A DNA stretch of 34,410 nt from Desulfobacterales bacterium. Its GTDB lineage: Bacteria > Desulfobacterota > Desulfobacteria > Desulfobacterales > UBA11574. Position 1 is the first letter of the stretch. Each line of letters begins with the position of its first letter. The translations under genes were made by a program, and so were the position numbers. Below are positions 1-9,721 of the stretch, piece after piece. The stretch lies in NCBI GenBank assembly GCA_012974475.1, contig JAAXQD010000119.1, positions 1 to 34,410 on the forward strand, written 5' to 3'. The notes beneath the pieces were generated by a model. The model saw only the letters and a list, made by a program, of their open reading frames with translations. It was not told where the DNA came from and ran no database searches.

Positions 1-127
1 CCATAAAATCCATACATTGTTTTCACCCCTTGATTAATATTTATTCAAACACGGATGAATTTACAGGGTCTGTTTGGACGACAGGTTGCGTGGTTTAGAG
101 TGTGTTGCCGGTGGGTGGATCAACATC

Positions 128-459
128 TCAATATAACGGATTATAACCCGAGATAGGCGGTCTTGATGTGGGGATCGTCCAGAAGATTTTTGGCCGGACC
201 TTCCATGACAATTCGGCCAGTTTGTCCTTGATTTTTTCCGTGACCATACGGAACTGTTCCAGCTGATCATAGATGGCATTCAATTGAGTCATATCCCGTT
301 CATTGACCACCACTAAAAAATACCCACCTTTTTAGCGCTTAGGTGGAGAATTTTTTCAGCACGCTGATTGATATAGACGATATTACCGGATGCATCGGTG
401 ATGACGACACCGTTGCTGGTTGCGTAAAAAATCTGTTCATATGTAATGTTTTTGTCCAT
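128..459 (-). pseudogene. Remnant of a PAS-domain regulator (probably a sigma54-dependent activator N-terminus), frameshifted and truncated
   Basis: ATG at 459 gives MDKNITYEQIFYATSNGVVITDASGNIVYINQRAEKILHL... (PAS start) and stops at TAG 313-315. An adjacent frame continues FLVVVNERDMTQLNAIYDQLEQ (PAS terminal strand plus coiled coil). One extra T in the T6 run (315-320) would join them. No AAA+ or HTH domain follows. Confidence 0.65.
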
Positions 460-542
460 GGTAAAAATCGGATGTTTTTTTCTACGCTATCTTGTGTTTC
501 CACAAACTATAATATTTTCTCAAACACGGGTCAAGGACGAGC

Positions 543-572
543 TTGACCCTTTGCTGAATATATGGGTATAAA
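543..572 (+). promoter_or_regulatory. Putative sigma70 promoter
   Basis: TTGACC (543-548), 18-nt spacer, TATAAA (567-572), directly before the GTG at 582. Confidence 0.45.
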
Positions 573-581
573 TCATTCGGG

Positions 582-1061
582 GTGAATCAAGAGATGCAAA
601 AACAGAAAAACTCACGAGGGTGTTTTCTCTGCGGACTCGAAAATGATGTTTCATTAAAGATGAGATGGTACGAAGATCATCAGGTCCAGGAAGTACGTTC
701 GACAGTAACGGTTCCCGATCATTTCAACGGTTATCCGGGCGTTGTACACGGGGGGATCGTTTCAGCGATATTGGATGAAACATCCGGCCGTGCGGTCATG
801 TTGAAATCAGGCAAAGATGCTTTGATGGTTGCCCTCAAACTGGAGGTCACGTTTCGCCGTCCCACCCCAACCAACACGCCATTAATGGCCGTCGGCTGGG
901 TGATTAAGCAGAGTTCGAGCCGGGCACAAGTTGCCGGAGAGATCCGTCTTCCAGACGGAACCATAACCGCCGAATGCAAAGCCATCGTCGTTCGCCCTCC
1001 CCAGGATATTCTTGACAAATGGGAAGCAGAGAAACCTTACTGGAAAGAATACGATGATTGA
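582..1061 (+). CDS. PaaI-family hotdog thioesterase
   Basis: N-terminal CFLCG..N motif; GYPGVVHGGIVSAILDE hotdog signature; FRRPTP. Confidence 0.85.
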   Translation: MNQEMQKQKNSRGCFLCGLENDVSLKMRWYEDHQVQEVRSTVTVPDHFNGYPGVVHGGIVSAILDETSGRAVMLKSGKDALMVALKLEVTFRRPTPTNTPLMAVGWVIKQSSSRAQVAGEIRLPDGTITAECKAIVVRPPQDILDKWEAEKPYWKEYDD

Positions 1062-1395
1062 TAAATATTCTTTTGGAAATATCATTGTAAATGGAACCAC
1101 CTACAAGGATGATATTAAAATCATTCGAGGCAAAGTGGTTTCCCCCTGGCGGAGAAACCGTAGTCATAAGGTGGACCTTAATGATATCAAAGATATTATT
1201 GAGGCCAAACCCGGTGTTTTGGTGCTGGGTAAAGGCCAGCCCGGTTTGATGAAGTCGACCCGATCGTTAAGGGAATTTCTTCAAAAAAATGACGTTGATT
1301 TGATCGAGGAGAAGACATCCAAAGCGGTAAAGACCTTCAACCGCCTCTTTATTGAAGGTAAAAATGTTTGTGCTGGATTCCATTTGTCCTGCTAA
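1054..1395 (+). CDS. Mth938-like (DUF498) domain protein
   Basis: Starts MIDKYSFGNIIVNGTTYKDDI; LVLGKG; T..AVKTFN; ends FHLSC. The ATG at 1054 overlaps the upstream stop and is preferred over 1012. Confidence 0.85.
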   Translation: MIDKYSFGNIIVNGTTYKDDIKIIRGKVVSPWRRNRSHKVDLNDIKDIIEAKPGVLVLGKGQPGLMKSTRSLREFLQKNDVDLIEEKTSKAVKTFNRLFIEGKNVCAGFHLSC

Positions 1396-1420
1396 TGCAA
1401 GTCCACCAAGGAGGTTTTAA

Positions 1421-1903
1421 ATGCAGATTTTGGTTCTCTATTTTTCAAAAGGCGGTAATACAAAAAAGTTGGCTGAAGCTATTGCAAAAGGCGTTGAGAG
1501 TGTCCAGGACGTTCGGTGCGTTCTGAAACATACCGATGACGTAACCAAGGAAGATTTTGTTGCCTCGGGTGGCGTCATCGCAGGCTCTCCCGTCTATTTC
1601 GGAATTATGGCTGCCCAGCTCAAAAAGATATTCGACGAATTTGTGGGTGTACGCAAAAAAATGGAAGGCAAGATTGGAGCCGCCTTTGCAACTTCCGCAG
1701 ATCCGTCGGGCGGTAAGGAGACCACCATGATGTCCATTATCAAGGTAATGTTGATTTACGGCATGGTGATTGCCGGTGATCCCATGTCAGCCACCGGGCA
1801 TTTCGGAACGTCCTGCGTAGGGTCGCCGGACAGCGGCTCCCTGGAAAACGGGATGAAACTGGGCCGAAGAGTTGCAGAATTGGCTAAAAAATTAAATGGT
1901 TAA
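1421..1903 (+). CDS. Flavodoxin-fold NAD(P)H-dependent oxidoreductase (WrbA-like)
   Basis: YFSKGGNTKKLA FMN loop, GSPVYFG, GAAFATS..SGGKETT; strong AAGGAGG RBS. Confidence 0.88.
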   Translation: MQILVLYFSKGGNTKKLAEAIAKGVESVQDVRCVLKHTDDVTKEDFVASGGVIAGSPVYFGIMAAQLKKIFDEFVGVRKKMEGKIGAAFATSADPSGGKETTMMSIIKVMLIYGMVIAGDPMSATGHFGTSCVGSPDSGSLENGMKLGRRVAELAKKLNG

Positions 1904-1911
1904 CTTGATCT

Positions 1912-2757
1912 TTGCTAAAAAATACATTTCTCCATATCCCCGGCATCGGGATCCAAACAGAAAAGCGATTGTGGGAATCCGGAATTCAAAACTGGGATGA
2001 CGTTACAAATGATCGAACAGCAGGTCTATCCCCGAAAAAACGGAATACGGTGGTCGAGCACCTCAGGGAATCAAAAGAACAGTTTGACTCCATTAACCCG
2101 AACTACTTTTTCGAGTTAAGCCCCTCCAGCCACCACTGGCGATTTTTCCCTGAATTCAGCGACGCCACCGTTTATCTGGATATCGAGACAACGGGACTGA
2201 GCCCGCATTACGAAACCATCACCACCATTGCGCTTTATGATGGAGAATCGATTTTCTATTATGTCAAAGACCGCAATCTGGATGACTTCCCGGAGGATAT
2301 AGGGAGATACAAAATCATTGTAACCTACAACGGCAAGAGTTTCGACCTCCCTTTTATCGAAAGACATTTCGGGATCAAGCTGAATCAAGCACATATCGAT
2401 TTAAGATATGTGCTCGCAAGCTTGGGGTATAAGGGGGGCCTGAAAGGCTGCGAAACCCGGTTGGGATTCCATCGGGGAGATTTAGCAGATATCGACGGAT
2501 TTTTTGCTGTCCTGCTTTGGCATGATTACCGAAAAAACAGGAACGAAAAGGCTCTTCAGACGCTGCTGGCGTATAATATTCAAGATGTCCTGTCCCTGGA
2601 AATTCTGATGGTTATTGCATACAATCTGAAAATCGAAGACACGCCCTTTTATTTAAATAGGCTGCCGGAGCCGGTGTTGCCGGAAACACCGTTCGAAGTG
2701 GATATAAACACTGTGGAGCGGATCAGGTCCGAACAAAATTATTTTGCTCTCCTCTAA
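1912..2757 (+). CDS. RNase H-like (DEDD/YprB-type) exonuclease domain protein with N-terminal HhH
   Basis: HhH-like IPGIG; YLDIETTG, TYNGKSFD and YNIQD exonuclease motifs. Confidence 0.85.
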   Translation: MLKNTFLHIPGIGIQTEKRLWESGIQNWDDVTNDRTAGLSPKKRNTVVEHLRESKEQFDSINPNYFFELSPSSHHWRFFPEFSDATVYLDIETTGLSPHYETITTIALYDGESIFYYVKDRNLDDFPEDIGRYKIIVTYNGKSFDLPFIERHFGIKLNQAHIDLRYVLASLGYKGGLKGCETRLGFHRGDLADIDGFFAVLLWHDYRKNRNEKALQTLLAYNIQDVLSLEILMVIAYNLKIEDTPFYLNRLPEPVLPETPFEVDINTVERIRSEQNYFALL

Positions 2758-2780
2758 CCCAAATCCCCATTTTTTCCACC

Positions 2781-2809
2781 TTGACACCATCTTTGGATTT
2801 ATTTATATT
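2781..2809 (+). promoter_or_regulatory. Sigma70 promoter of the menaquinone operon
   Basis: TTGACA (2781-2786), 17-nt spacer, TATATT (2804-2809); near-consensus. Confidence 0.7.
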
Positions 2810-2864
2810 TTTTAATTTAGTCTAAAATTCTAAAGTCTGATTTTTTTTGTTAGGACCTTTACCT

Positions 2865-4310
2865 ATGGCGCTTAAAAACACACAGGAATTTATCAAAAAA
2901 CTCGAATCCGAAGGCGAACTCAAAAGGATTTCCGCAGAAGTCGATCCTGTATTGGAAATAACGGAAATCGCAGACCGGATGAGTAAAACCAACGGTCCCG
3001 CCTTGCTTTTTGAAAACATTAAAGGTTTCTCATTTCCGCTGATGATCAATGCTTTCGGCAGCTTTCGGCGGATGGAAATGGCGTTGGGGTGCGATTCCTT
3101 CGATGATATCGGCCGCCGTATCGAATCGCTCATCAAAATCAAACCCCCAGGAAGTTTCACCCAAAAAATACGGATGTTTTTCGACTTGAAAGAACTGGCC
3201 GGCATTACCCCCAAAAAGGTAAAACATGCGCCGTGCCAGCAGCAGGTTTACGGTCCGGACGGACCATTGCTGGATATGCTCCCCATTCTCACCTGCTGGC
3301 CCCACGACGGCGGTCCGTTCATAACCCTTCCGATTGTCATTACAAAGGACCCTGAAAGCAGCACTCAGAATGTCGGCATGTATCGCATGCATAAATATGA
3401 TAATGCCACCACCGGTATGCACTGGCAGTACAATAAAGACGGCAGCCGCCATTTTGACAAATACAAATCCCGGGGAGAACGTATGGAAGTGGCGGTGGCC
3501 CTTGGCGGACCCCCTTTGGTGACCTATGCTGCAACAGCACCGATGCCGCCGGATATTGATGAATTTTTACTTGCAGGTTTTATCGGATCACGCCCCATTG
3601 AAATCACTCGGGGAAAAACGGTGGACATCTTTGTCCCCGCCGAATCCGACTTTATCATTGAAGGGTACGTAGATCCCAATGAGGACCGGGTTGAAGGTCC
3701 ATTCGGAGATCATACCGGATTTTACTCTCCTGCCGATCTTTATCCGGTATTTCATGTAACCTCCATCACATGCAGGAATGACGCTGTTTATCCTTCGACC
3801 ATTGTGGGGAAACCGCCCATGGAGGATTGTTATATGGCAAAGGCAACGGAAAGAATCTTTCTGCCGTTGTTAAAGATGCTCGTTCCGGAAATAGTGGATA
3901 TGGAGCTCCCCATGGAAGGCGTGTTTCACAACTGCGCCCTGATATCCATTGACAAGAAGTTTCCCGGCCAGGCAAAAAAAGTAATCCATGCACTCTGGGG
4001 CCTCGGACAAATGGCCTCCACGAAATATATTGCCGTATTTGATAAAGATATTGATCTTCGCGATTCGAGTACGGTGGTCTGGAAGCTCCTTAATAACGTA
4101 GATCCCAAAAGAGATCTGTTGGTATCGGAAGGGCCCCTGGATGCTCTGGACCATTCGGCGCCGTACCCGAATTTTGGCGGGAAAATGGGGATAGACGCCA
4201 CAAGAAAAACCCGGGAAGAAGGTATGGGCCGGGAATGGCCTGAAGAAATCAAAATGTCTGAAGAAATCATCGAAAAAGTCAGCAACCGCTGGAAGGAATA
4301 TGGATTTTAA
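2865..4310 (+). CDS. ubiD: Menaquinone biosynthesis decarboxylase, UbiD family (MqnL-type)
   Basis: NVGMYR, EGPFGDHTGFY, GKPPMED, GGKMGIDATRK; ATG 2865 after AGGA; first gene of the mqn cluster. Confidence 0.92.
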   Translation: MALKNTQEFIKKLESEGELKRISAEVDPVLEITEIADRMSKTNGPALLFENIKGFSFPLMINAFGSFRRMEMALGCDSFDDIGRRIESLIKIKPPGSFTQKIRMFFDLKELAGITPKKVKHAPCQQQVYGPDGPLLDMLPILTCWPHDGGPFITLPIVITKDPESSTQNVGMYRMHKYDNATTGMHWQYNKDGSRHFDKYKSRGERMEVAVALGGPPLVTYAATAPMPPDIDEFLLAGFIGSRPIEITRGKTVDIFVPAESDFIIEGYVDPNEDRVEGPFGDHTGFYSPADLYPVFHVTSITCRNDAVYPSTIVGKPPMEDCYMAKATERIFLPLLKMLVPEIVDMELPMEGVFHNCALISIDKKFPGQAKKVIHALWGLGQMASTKYIAVFDKDIDLRDSSTVVWKLLNNVDPKRDLLVSEGPLDALDHSAPYPNFGGKMGIDATRKTREEGMGREWPEEIKMSEEIIEKVSNRWKEYGF

Positions 4311-5151
4311 GAAATTCTCAGAGCTCATTATGATCGAGCAGACCTTTTTTGCCCTTCCTTTTGCATTGTTGGGTGTGCTGTTTGCCGGTGGTGGAACGTT
4401 TAAGACCTGGTTCTGGGTCATCGTCGCTCTGGCTGCAGCCAGAACTGCCGGCATGTCATTCAACCGGGTTATCGATGCTGAAATCGATGGGAAAAATCCC
4501 CGCACCCGTGACCGGCTGGTTCCAAAAGGAGAGGTTGGGTCTTCGGTGGTATGGATGGCGGCGGTAATATCCTCGCTGGTGCTTGTGGGTGCTTCGTTCA
4601 TGCTCAACAGGCTCTGTTTTTATCTGTCTTTTCCAGCGGTTTTAATGCTGTTAACCTATTCTTATCTTAAACGCTTCAGCGCTTCGTCTCATTTTTATCT
4701 CGGCCTGGTTGAAGCCGCCGCCCCCGTCGGCGGATACATTGCAGTCACCGGGGAATTTGGGCGTGTTCCTTTGGTTCTGGGGCTCGTTATCTTGACCTGG
4801 ATTGCCGGGCTCGACATCGTATACGCCATACAGGACATCGATTTTGATATTAAAGAAGATCTTCACTCCATACCGGCTCGGCTGGGGAAGAAAAAGGCCC
4901 TCGTCATCTCTGCAGCCTGCTATATTGGCTCCATAAGCGCAATGATATATGCGGGTTTTCTGACACATAAGAATGTTCCCTACTGGACTGCGGTTTTATT
5001 GGTCGGAATAATATTTTTTTACCAGCAGAGACTTGCCAGGCGTAAAAACATCGCTTTGGCTGTAAAGAATTTTTTCAAAGTCAACATGTATATATCCCCG
5101 ATACTTTTTTTCGGAACTCTCACGGATGTTTTTCTCGGACAAATTTTATAA
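4300..5151 (+). CDS. ubiA: UbiA-family polyprenyltransferase (MqnP-type)
   Basis: FNRVIDAEIDGKNPRTRDR and DIVYAIQDIDFD Asp-rich motifs; multiple TM segments. Confidence 0.9.
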   Translation: MDFKKFSELIMIEQTFFALPFALLGVLFAGGGTFKTWFWVIVALAAARTAGMSFNRVIDAEIDGKNPRTRDRLVPKGEVGSSVVWMAAVISSLVLVGASFMLNRLCFYLSFPAVLMLLTYSYLKRFSASSHFYLGLVEAAAPVGGYIAVTGEFGRVPLVLGLVILTWIAGLDIVYAIQDIDFDIKEDLHSIPARLGKKKALVISAACYIGSISAMIYAGFLTHKNVPYWTAVLLVGIIFFYQQRLARRKNIALAVKNFFKVNMYISPILFFGTLTDVFLGQIL

Positions 5152-5186
5152 ACGTCGAACAGAGGATTAATATAAGGCTGAACACA

Positions 5187-5789
5187 ATGATCGTTGTCGG
5201 AATTTCAGGTGCCAGCGGCCCCATCATGGGCATTCGTTTGATTGAAGAACTCCTCAATTCAAAAGAGCGGGTCGCAGGAATTGTTTCACAGGCTGCCGGA
5301 CAAATTATTGAATACGAAATGCTCAATGAAAAGGAATCCTTTACATCCTTAAAAGAACTGCTTTTAAAACGCGGCGTTTCGCGCAACCATAATCTTTTGA
5401 GCGAATTTAAAAATCATGATTTCTTTACCCCGGTTGCCAGCGGATCTGCAGAATTTGAAGCGATGGTTGTCATGCCCTGCTCCATGAAAACATTGTCCGC
5501 CATTGTCCATGGATATGCCGATTCACTGATTACCAGAGCCTGTGACGTGGCATTAAAAGAACGGCGAAGATGCATCATCGTTCCCAGAGAAACACCGCTG
5601 AGTGTTGTTCATACTGAAAATTTGCACAAGGCAGCCCTGGCAGGAATTGAGATCGTGCCGCCGGTTCCGGGGTTTTACACCCGGCCTGAATCCCTTGATG
5701 ACGTGATCAATTTTGTTGTGGGAAAGGTGTTGAACCTTTTGGGAAGAAGGCATGACCTGTTTGAAAGCTGGGGAAAGAGGGAAGTATAA
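5187..5789 (+). CDS. ubiX: Flavin prenyltransferase UbiX
   Basis: VGISGASG, ASGS, PCSMKTL, RACDVALKERR, PRETP. Confidence 0.93.
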   Translation: MIVVGISGASGPIMGIRLIEELLNSKERVAGIVSQAAGQIIEYEMLNEKESFTSLKELLLKRGVSRNHNLLSEFKNHDFFTPVASGSAEFEAMVVMPCSMKTLSAIVHGYADSLITRACDVALKERRRCIIVPRETPLSVVHTENLHKAALAGIEIVPPVPGFYTRPESLDDVINFVVGKVLNLLGRRHDLFESWGKREV

Positions 5790-5790
5790 C

Positions 5791-6909
5791 GTGGAATTTC
5801 TGGATACGTTACAGAATAAAACACTCCGCAGCATTGCCGAAAAAGTTTGCAGCAAAGTTCCCGTCAACAAAGAAGATGCCCTTTACATGCTCACAACCGA
5901 CCACATCCTCGATCTTGGCGCCATTGCCCATCATATCCGGACCAGATTGCACGGAAACCTTGCATACTATGGTGTAAACATGAATCTTAACTACACCAAC
6001 ATATGCGAGCTTCGATGCCCGTTATGCGCCTATTCCTGTGATGAAAACGACGAAAACGCGTTTCTGCTTTCCATAGACGAAATTGACCGGAGGATACGAA
6101 AGGCTTCTTTGGTGGGAATTGATGAAGTTCACATCGTGGGCGGGCTCCATCCCGATCTTGGTATCGATTATTTCGAGCAGATGTTAAGACGCATAAAAAA
6201 GATAAAACCGGATATTCATATTGTTGGTTTTACTGCGGTTGAATACGATTATTTTGCGAAAAAAAACAAAATTTCCCTTGAAGAAGTGTTCAAACGGCTT
6301 ATGGATGCCGGCGTCGAAGCACTCCCCGGAGGCGGTGCTGAAATTTTTTCGCCCCGGGTCCGCGATATCATCGCGCCGAAGAAAATATCAGGGTCAAAAT
6401 GGCTGTCCGTAATGCGGACAGCGCACAAAATGGGTCTTAAAACCAATGCCACCCTGCTGTATAACCATATCGAGACCCCGGAAGATATTGTGGATCACCT
6501 TTCACAGATCCGCGATCTGCAGGATGAGACCGGGGGATTCAAAACCTTTGTGCCCTTACAGTTTCACGGAGAAAACACAAAAATTGACCCACGCCCATCG
6601 ACCTCCGGTTACGACGACATCAGGCTCTATGCTGCGAGCAGGATTTTTCTTCACAATGTCCCCCATCTTAAGGCATTGTGGATGTATCTGGGTGATAAAA
6701 TGGCTCAAGTACTTCTCCGGTTCGGCGTTGATGATATCGGCGCAACGTATCACAATGAAAAAGTGGTTCATGCTGCCGGTGCACAAACACCCGATTTTGG
6801 ATCCGAGCCGTTTTTAAGAAGACTTATCCATGAAGCCCAACTCATACCTGAACGAACAACAGCCAGTTACCGCAGTTCATCGGGCAGCCTGAAAAAGGAA
6901 ATTGTATGA
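5791..6909 (+). CDS. mqnE: Aminofutalosine synthase MqnE (CofH-like radical SAM)
   Basis: CxxxCxxC (CELRCPLC), EVHIVGG, LPGGGAE, HLKALW; GTG 5791 after GAGGGA; located in the mqn cluster. Confidence 0.85.
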   Translation: MEFLDTLQNKTLRSIAEKVCSKVPVNKEDALYMLTTDHILDLGAIAHHIRTRLHGNLAYYGVNMNLNYTNICELRCPLCAYSCDENDENAFLLSIDEIDRRIRKASLVGIDEVHIVGGLHPDLGIDYFEQMLRRIKKIKPDIHIVGFTAVEYDYFAKKNKISLEEVFKRLMDAGVEALPGGGAEIFSPRVRDIIAPKKISGSKWLSVMRTAHKMGLKTNATLLYNHIETPEDIVDHLSQIRDLQDETGGFKTFVPLQFHGENTKIDPRPSTSGYDDIRLYAASRIFLHNVPHLKALWMYLGDKMAQVLLRFGVDDIGATYHNEKVVHAAGAQTPDFGSEPFLRRLIHEAQLIPERTTASYRSSSGSLKKEIV

Positions 6910-7718
6910 GGCTCGGGTATATCGACTATCTTAACTGCTATCCCTTTTATTACCGGATGTTTGAAAAAAAACCTGTCCCAGGAATCAGCATCTATCCGGG
7001 GTACCCGTGCATGCTCAATAAAATGATGGCGGACCGGCAACTCGACATGAGTCCCATTTCTTCCGCAACCTGTGCAGAAATTGCTGACGATGTGGCCCTC
7101 CTTCCCCAATTCTGTTTAAGTTCGGTGGGATATGTGGGATCGGTGATTCTTACGAGCAAAATTCCCATTGAAGAATTGAATCACAAGAAAGTGGGAATTA
7201 CCAGCGCATCTCATACGTCAGCGGTGCTGTTAAAAATTCTTCTTAAAAATTATTACAATGCAGAGCCGTTTTACATACCCACCGATCCGAGGCCGGTGCT
7301 TAAAGATATGGATGCCGCTCTGGTTATCGGCAACGATGCCATGGCAATATCCTCTGAACCGGCATCCTATAGTTATGACCTTGGGGACCTGTGGCTTCGC
7401 AAGACCGGTTTCCCTGTGGTATTTGCCGTGTTTGCAGTCAGAAAAAGCATCGTTGAAAAATACGCGTCGGAAATCAGAGCGGTGGTTTCTTCATATCACA
7501 GCGCTTTGCGCCACCTCAAAGAGGATAAAGAGCAGGTCGTTTCAAAGGCAAGCGCAAAATATCCGGATATTATTTACGACATAAACAGCTACTTTGACCT
7601 GTTGCAGTTTAAGTTCGACGAGGATTTGAAAGATGCCTTGATGTTTTACTATTCAATGGCCGGAGACATGGGTCTGATAAAAAAGGTGAAAGGCTTAAAA
7701 TATTTGTCTTTTGAATAG
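6906..7718 (+). CDS. mqnA: Chorismate dehydratase MqnA
   Basis: IDYLNCYP, S.TSAVLL, LVIGNDA, DLGDLW...TGFPVVFAVF; ATGA overlap with mqnE. Confidence 0.88.
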   Translation: MRLGYIDYLNCYPFYYRMFEKKPVPGISIYPGYPCMLNKMMADRQLDMSPISSATCAEIADDVALLPQFCLSSVGYVGSVILTSKIPIEELNHKKVGITSASHTSAVLLKILLKNYYNAEPFYIPTDPRPVLKDMDAALVIGNDAMAISSEPASYSYDLGDLWLRKTGFPVVFAVFAVRKSIVEKYASEIRAVVSSYHSALRHLKEDKEQVVSKASAKYPDIIYDINSYFDLLQFKFDEDLKDALMFYYSMAGDMGLIKKVKGLKYLSFE

Positions 7719-7720
7719 AA

Positions 7721-8800
7721 ATGGAGGACATAATTCAAAACAGCGATCTTTATCATAATATATGCGGGGGTAACAGAATCACCTCCAAAGAAGCTCTGGA
7801 TCTATTTTCCTGGGACATCATCGATCTGGGGAACGCCGGAGATATGAGAAGAAAACTGACATTCCCCAAAGAAAAGGTCGGATTCATCGTCGATCGGATT
7901 GTGAACTTTACCAATATTTGTGAGGCGGCCTGTGCTTTCTGCGCATTTCATTCCCGGGCAAATCTCATTCAATCTTATGAACTGACCATTGATGAAATTT
8001 GCCGGAAGGTTGAAGAACTGGTTGCTGTTGGAGGAACCCAGGTGATGCTTCAGGGCGGACTTCACCCCGATTACACACTGGATAAATACATCCACATGGT
8101 GACGTCCGTGAAAAAACGTTTCCCGGAAATCCACCTTCACTCCTTTTCTCCTGCGGAAATTGTGCATATTTCGCGGAAAAACTCGCTGTCGACAGATGAT
8201 GTCGTAAAAGCATTAAAAGAAGCCGGCCTCGATTCCGTACCGGGGGCATCAGATCTTTTGGTTGACAGAATCCGCGCCAAGGTGAGCCCGAAAAAAAACA
8301 CCGTGGATGAATGGCGGGAGGTCATACACTCGCTATGCAAAAATGAAATGAAGTCATCAGCGACCATGACCTACGGCATGGGAGAGACCCTTAAAGAGAA
8401 GATAGAACATCTTGAGGTCATCCGCGATGTTCAAGACCGAACCGGCGTTTTCCAGGCGTTTATTCCCTGGTCTTTTTCACCTCCAAGGACGCAAATGGCG
8501 GATCTCCTCCCGGCAACGGGTATGGATTATCTTAAAATCGTGGCCATCTCGAGGATATTCCTTGACAATATCACCCATATTCAGGCGGGATGGCTGACCG
8601 AAGGTTTGAAGCTTGCACAGATCGCCCTGACCATGGGGGCCAACGACATGGGCGGCGTGCTCATGGAAGAGGTTGTGGTAAAGGCTACAGGAATAACAAC
8701 CCGGACCCACCAAAAGGAGCTTGTCCATATCATTAAAAACGCCGGAAAGATTCCTGTTCAAAGGGATTCTGTATATCAGGCCCTAAGGAATTTCCGGTGA
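7721..8800 (+). CDS. mqnC: Cyclic dehypoxanthine futalosine synthase MqnC (radical SAM)
   Basis: IVDRIVNFTNICEAACAFCAF, VMLQGGLHP, AFIPWSF, GANDMGGVLMEE. Confidence 0.88.
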   Translation: MEDIIQNSDLYHNICGGNRITSKEALDLFSWDIIDLGNAGDMRRKLTFPKEKVGFIVDRIVNFTNICEAACAFCAFHSRANLIQSYELTIDEICRKVEELVAVGGTQVMLQGGLHPDYTLDKYIHMVTSVKKRFPEIHLHSFSPAEIVHISRKNSLSTDDVVKALKEAGLDSVPGASDLLVDRIRAKVSPKKNTVDEWREVIHSLCKNEMKSSATMTYGMGETLKEKIEHLEVIRDVQDRTGVFQAFIPWSFSPPRTQMADLLPATGMDYLKIVAISRIFLDNITHIQAGWLTEGLKLAQIALTMGANDMGGVLMEEVVVKATGITTRTHQKELVHIIKNAGKIPVQRDSVYQALRNFR

Positions 8801-8872
8801 ACATCAGCTTGGGTGGGCGTTTTATATCGAAGTATTGCATCTTCATTAACCGTTTAAATTCTGAATAGATTC

Positions 8873-8892
8873 CCACGGGCATACGCCCGTGG
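8873..8892. repeat. REP-like GC-rich palindrome
   Basis: CCACGGGC-ATAC-GCCCGTGG, a perfect 8-bp stem in the mqnC-mqnD gap; half-copy CCACGGGCATA at 26678-26688. Confidence 0.6.
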
Positions 8893-8920
8893 TCCTCTGC
8901 CAATTTTGGAAAGAAGCATC

Positions 8921-9721
8921 ATGACAACACTCGATATTGCTTTTTCAACATGCCCCAATGATACCTTTATATTTCATGCAATGCTTCACGACGCTATCGA
9001 TACGGGAAATTTGCGCTTTATTCCCCATATGCACGACGTGGAAGATCTTAATAAAAAAGCTTTTTCTAAAACATTTGATGTTTCAAAGCTTTCCTTCTAT
9101 GCCTATCTTAAACTAAGACAAAACTACGAAATCCTTGATGCAGGATCGGCTCTGGGGTATGGATGTGGACCGCTTCTTGTGGGAAGGTCGGCTGATCTAT
9201 CCTTGCCCGAAGCAAAAATCGCCGTACCCGGTGAATATACAACCGCACATCTTCTGTTAAAACTATGGCGTCCTGAAATTCGCAACGTCGAAATAACCCG
9301 GTTTGACAACATCCTTGAAAAGGTACAAATCGGAAAATATGATGCCGGGCTGATCATTCACGAGGGCCGGTTCATCTATCCGGAATATGACTGTGTCGAG
9401 ATCGTCGATCTTGGCAAATGGTGGGAAAGTGAAACAGGGCTTCCGATCCCTTTGGGCTGTATCGCTGTCAGAAAAGATCGTCCAGCCATCGATCTGAAAA
9501 ATGATATTGAATCTGTGCTTCGGAATTCGGTGCAATATGCTTTGGAAAACAGACATGCGTCCAGGGAATTTGTAAAATTACATGCCCAGGAAATGGATGA
9601 TCGGGTCATTGACGGACATATCGACCTGTATGTCAATAATTTTACCGTATCACTTGGAGAAACCGGTGAAAAAGCGATACAAGCCCTTGAGGAGATGGCA
9701 CGGTGGAAAAAAATTTTGTAA
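8921..9721 (+). CDS. mqnD: 1,4-dihydroxy-6-naphthoate synthase MqnD
   Basis: FSTCPNDTFIF, GYGCGPL, PGEYTTA, LIIHEGR, PIPLG, HIDLYVN. Confidence 0.93.
   Translation: MTTLDIAFSTCPNDTFIFHAMLHDAIDTGNLRFIPHMHDVEDLNKKAFSKTFDVSKLSFYAYLKLRQNYEILDAGSALGYGCGPLLVGRSADLSLPEAKIAVPGEYTTAHLLLKLWRPEIRNVEITRFDNILEKVQIGKYDAGLIIHEGRFIYPEYDCVEIVDLGKWWESETGLPIPLGCIAVRKDRPAIDLKNDIESVLRNSVQYALENRHASREFVKLHAQEMDDRVIDGHIDLYVNNFTVSLGETGEKAIQALEEMARWKKIL

Noticed and set aside
3870-4607. 245-aa minus-strand ORF, and the many similar overlapping ORFs across the window
   Set aside because: Antisense or alternate-frame shadows of well-supported genes, with no motifs of their own
8798-8850. Readthrough at other TGA stops (1059, 8798, 10372, 29843, 30763, 32793)
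   Set aside because: The proteins are already full length, the TGA is not at a conserved Cys position, and some overlap the next start codon
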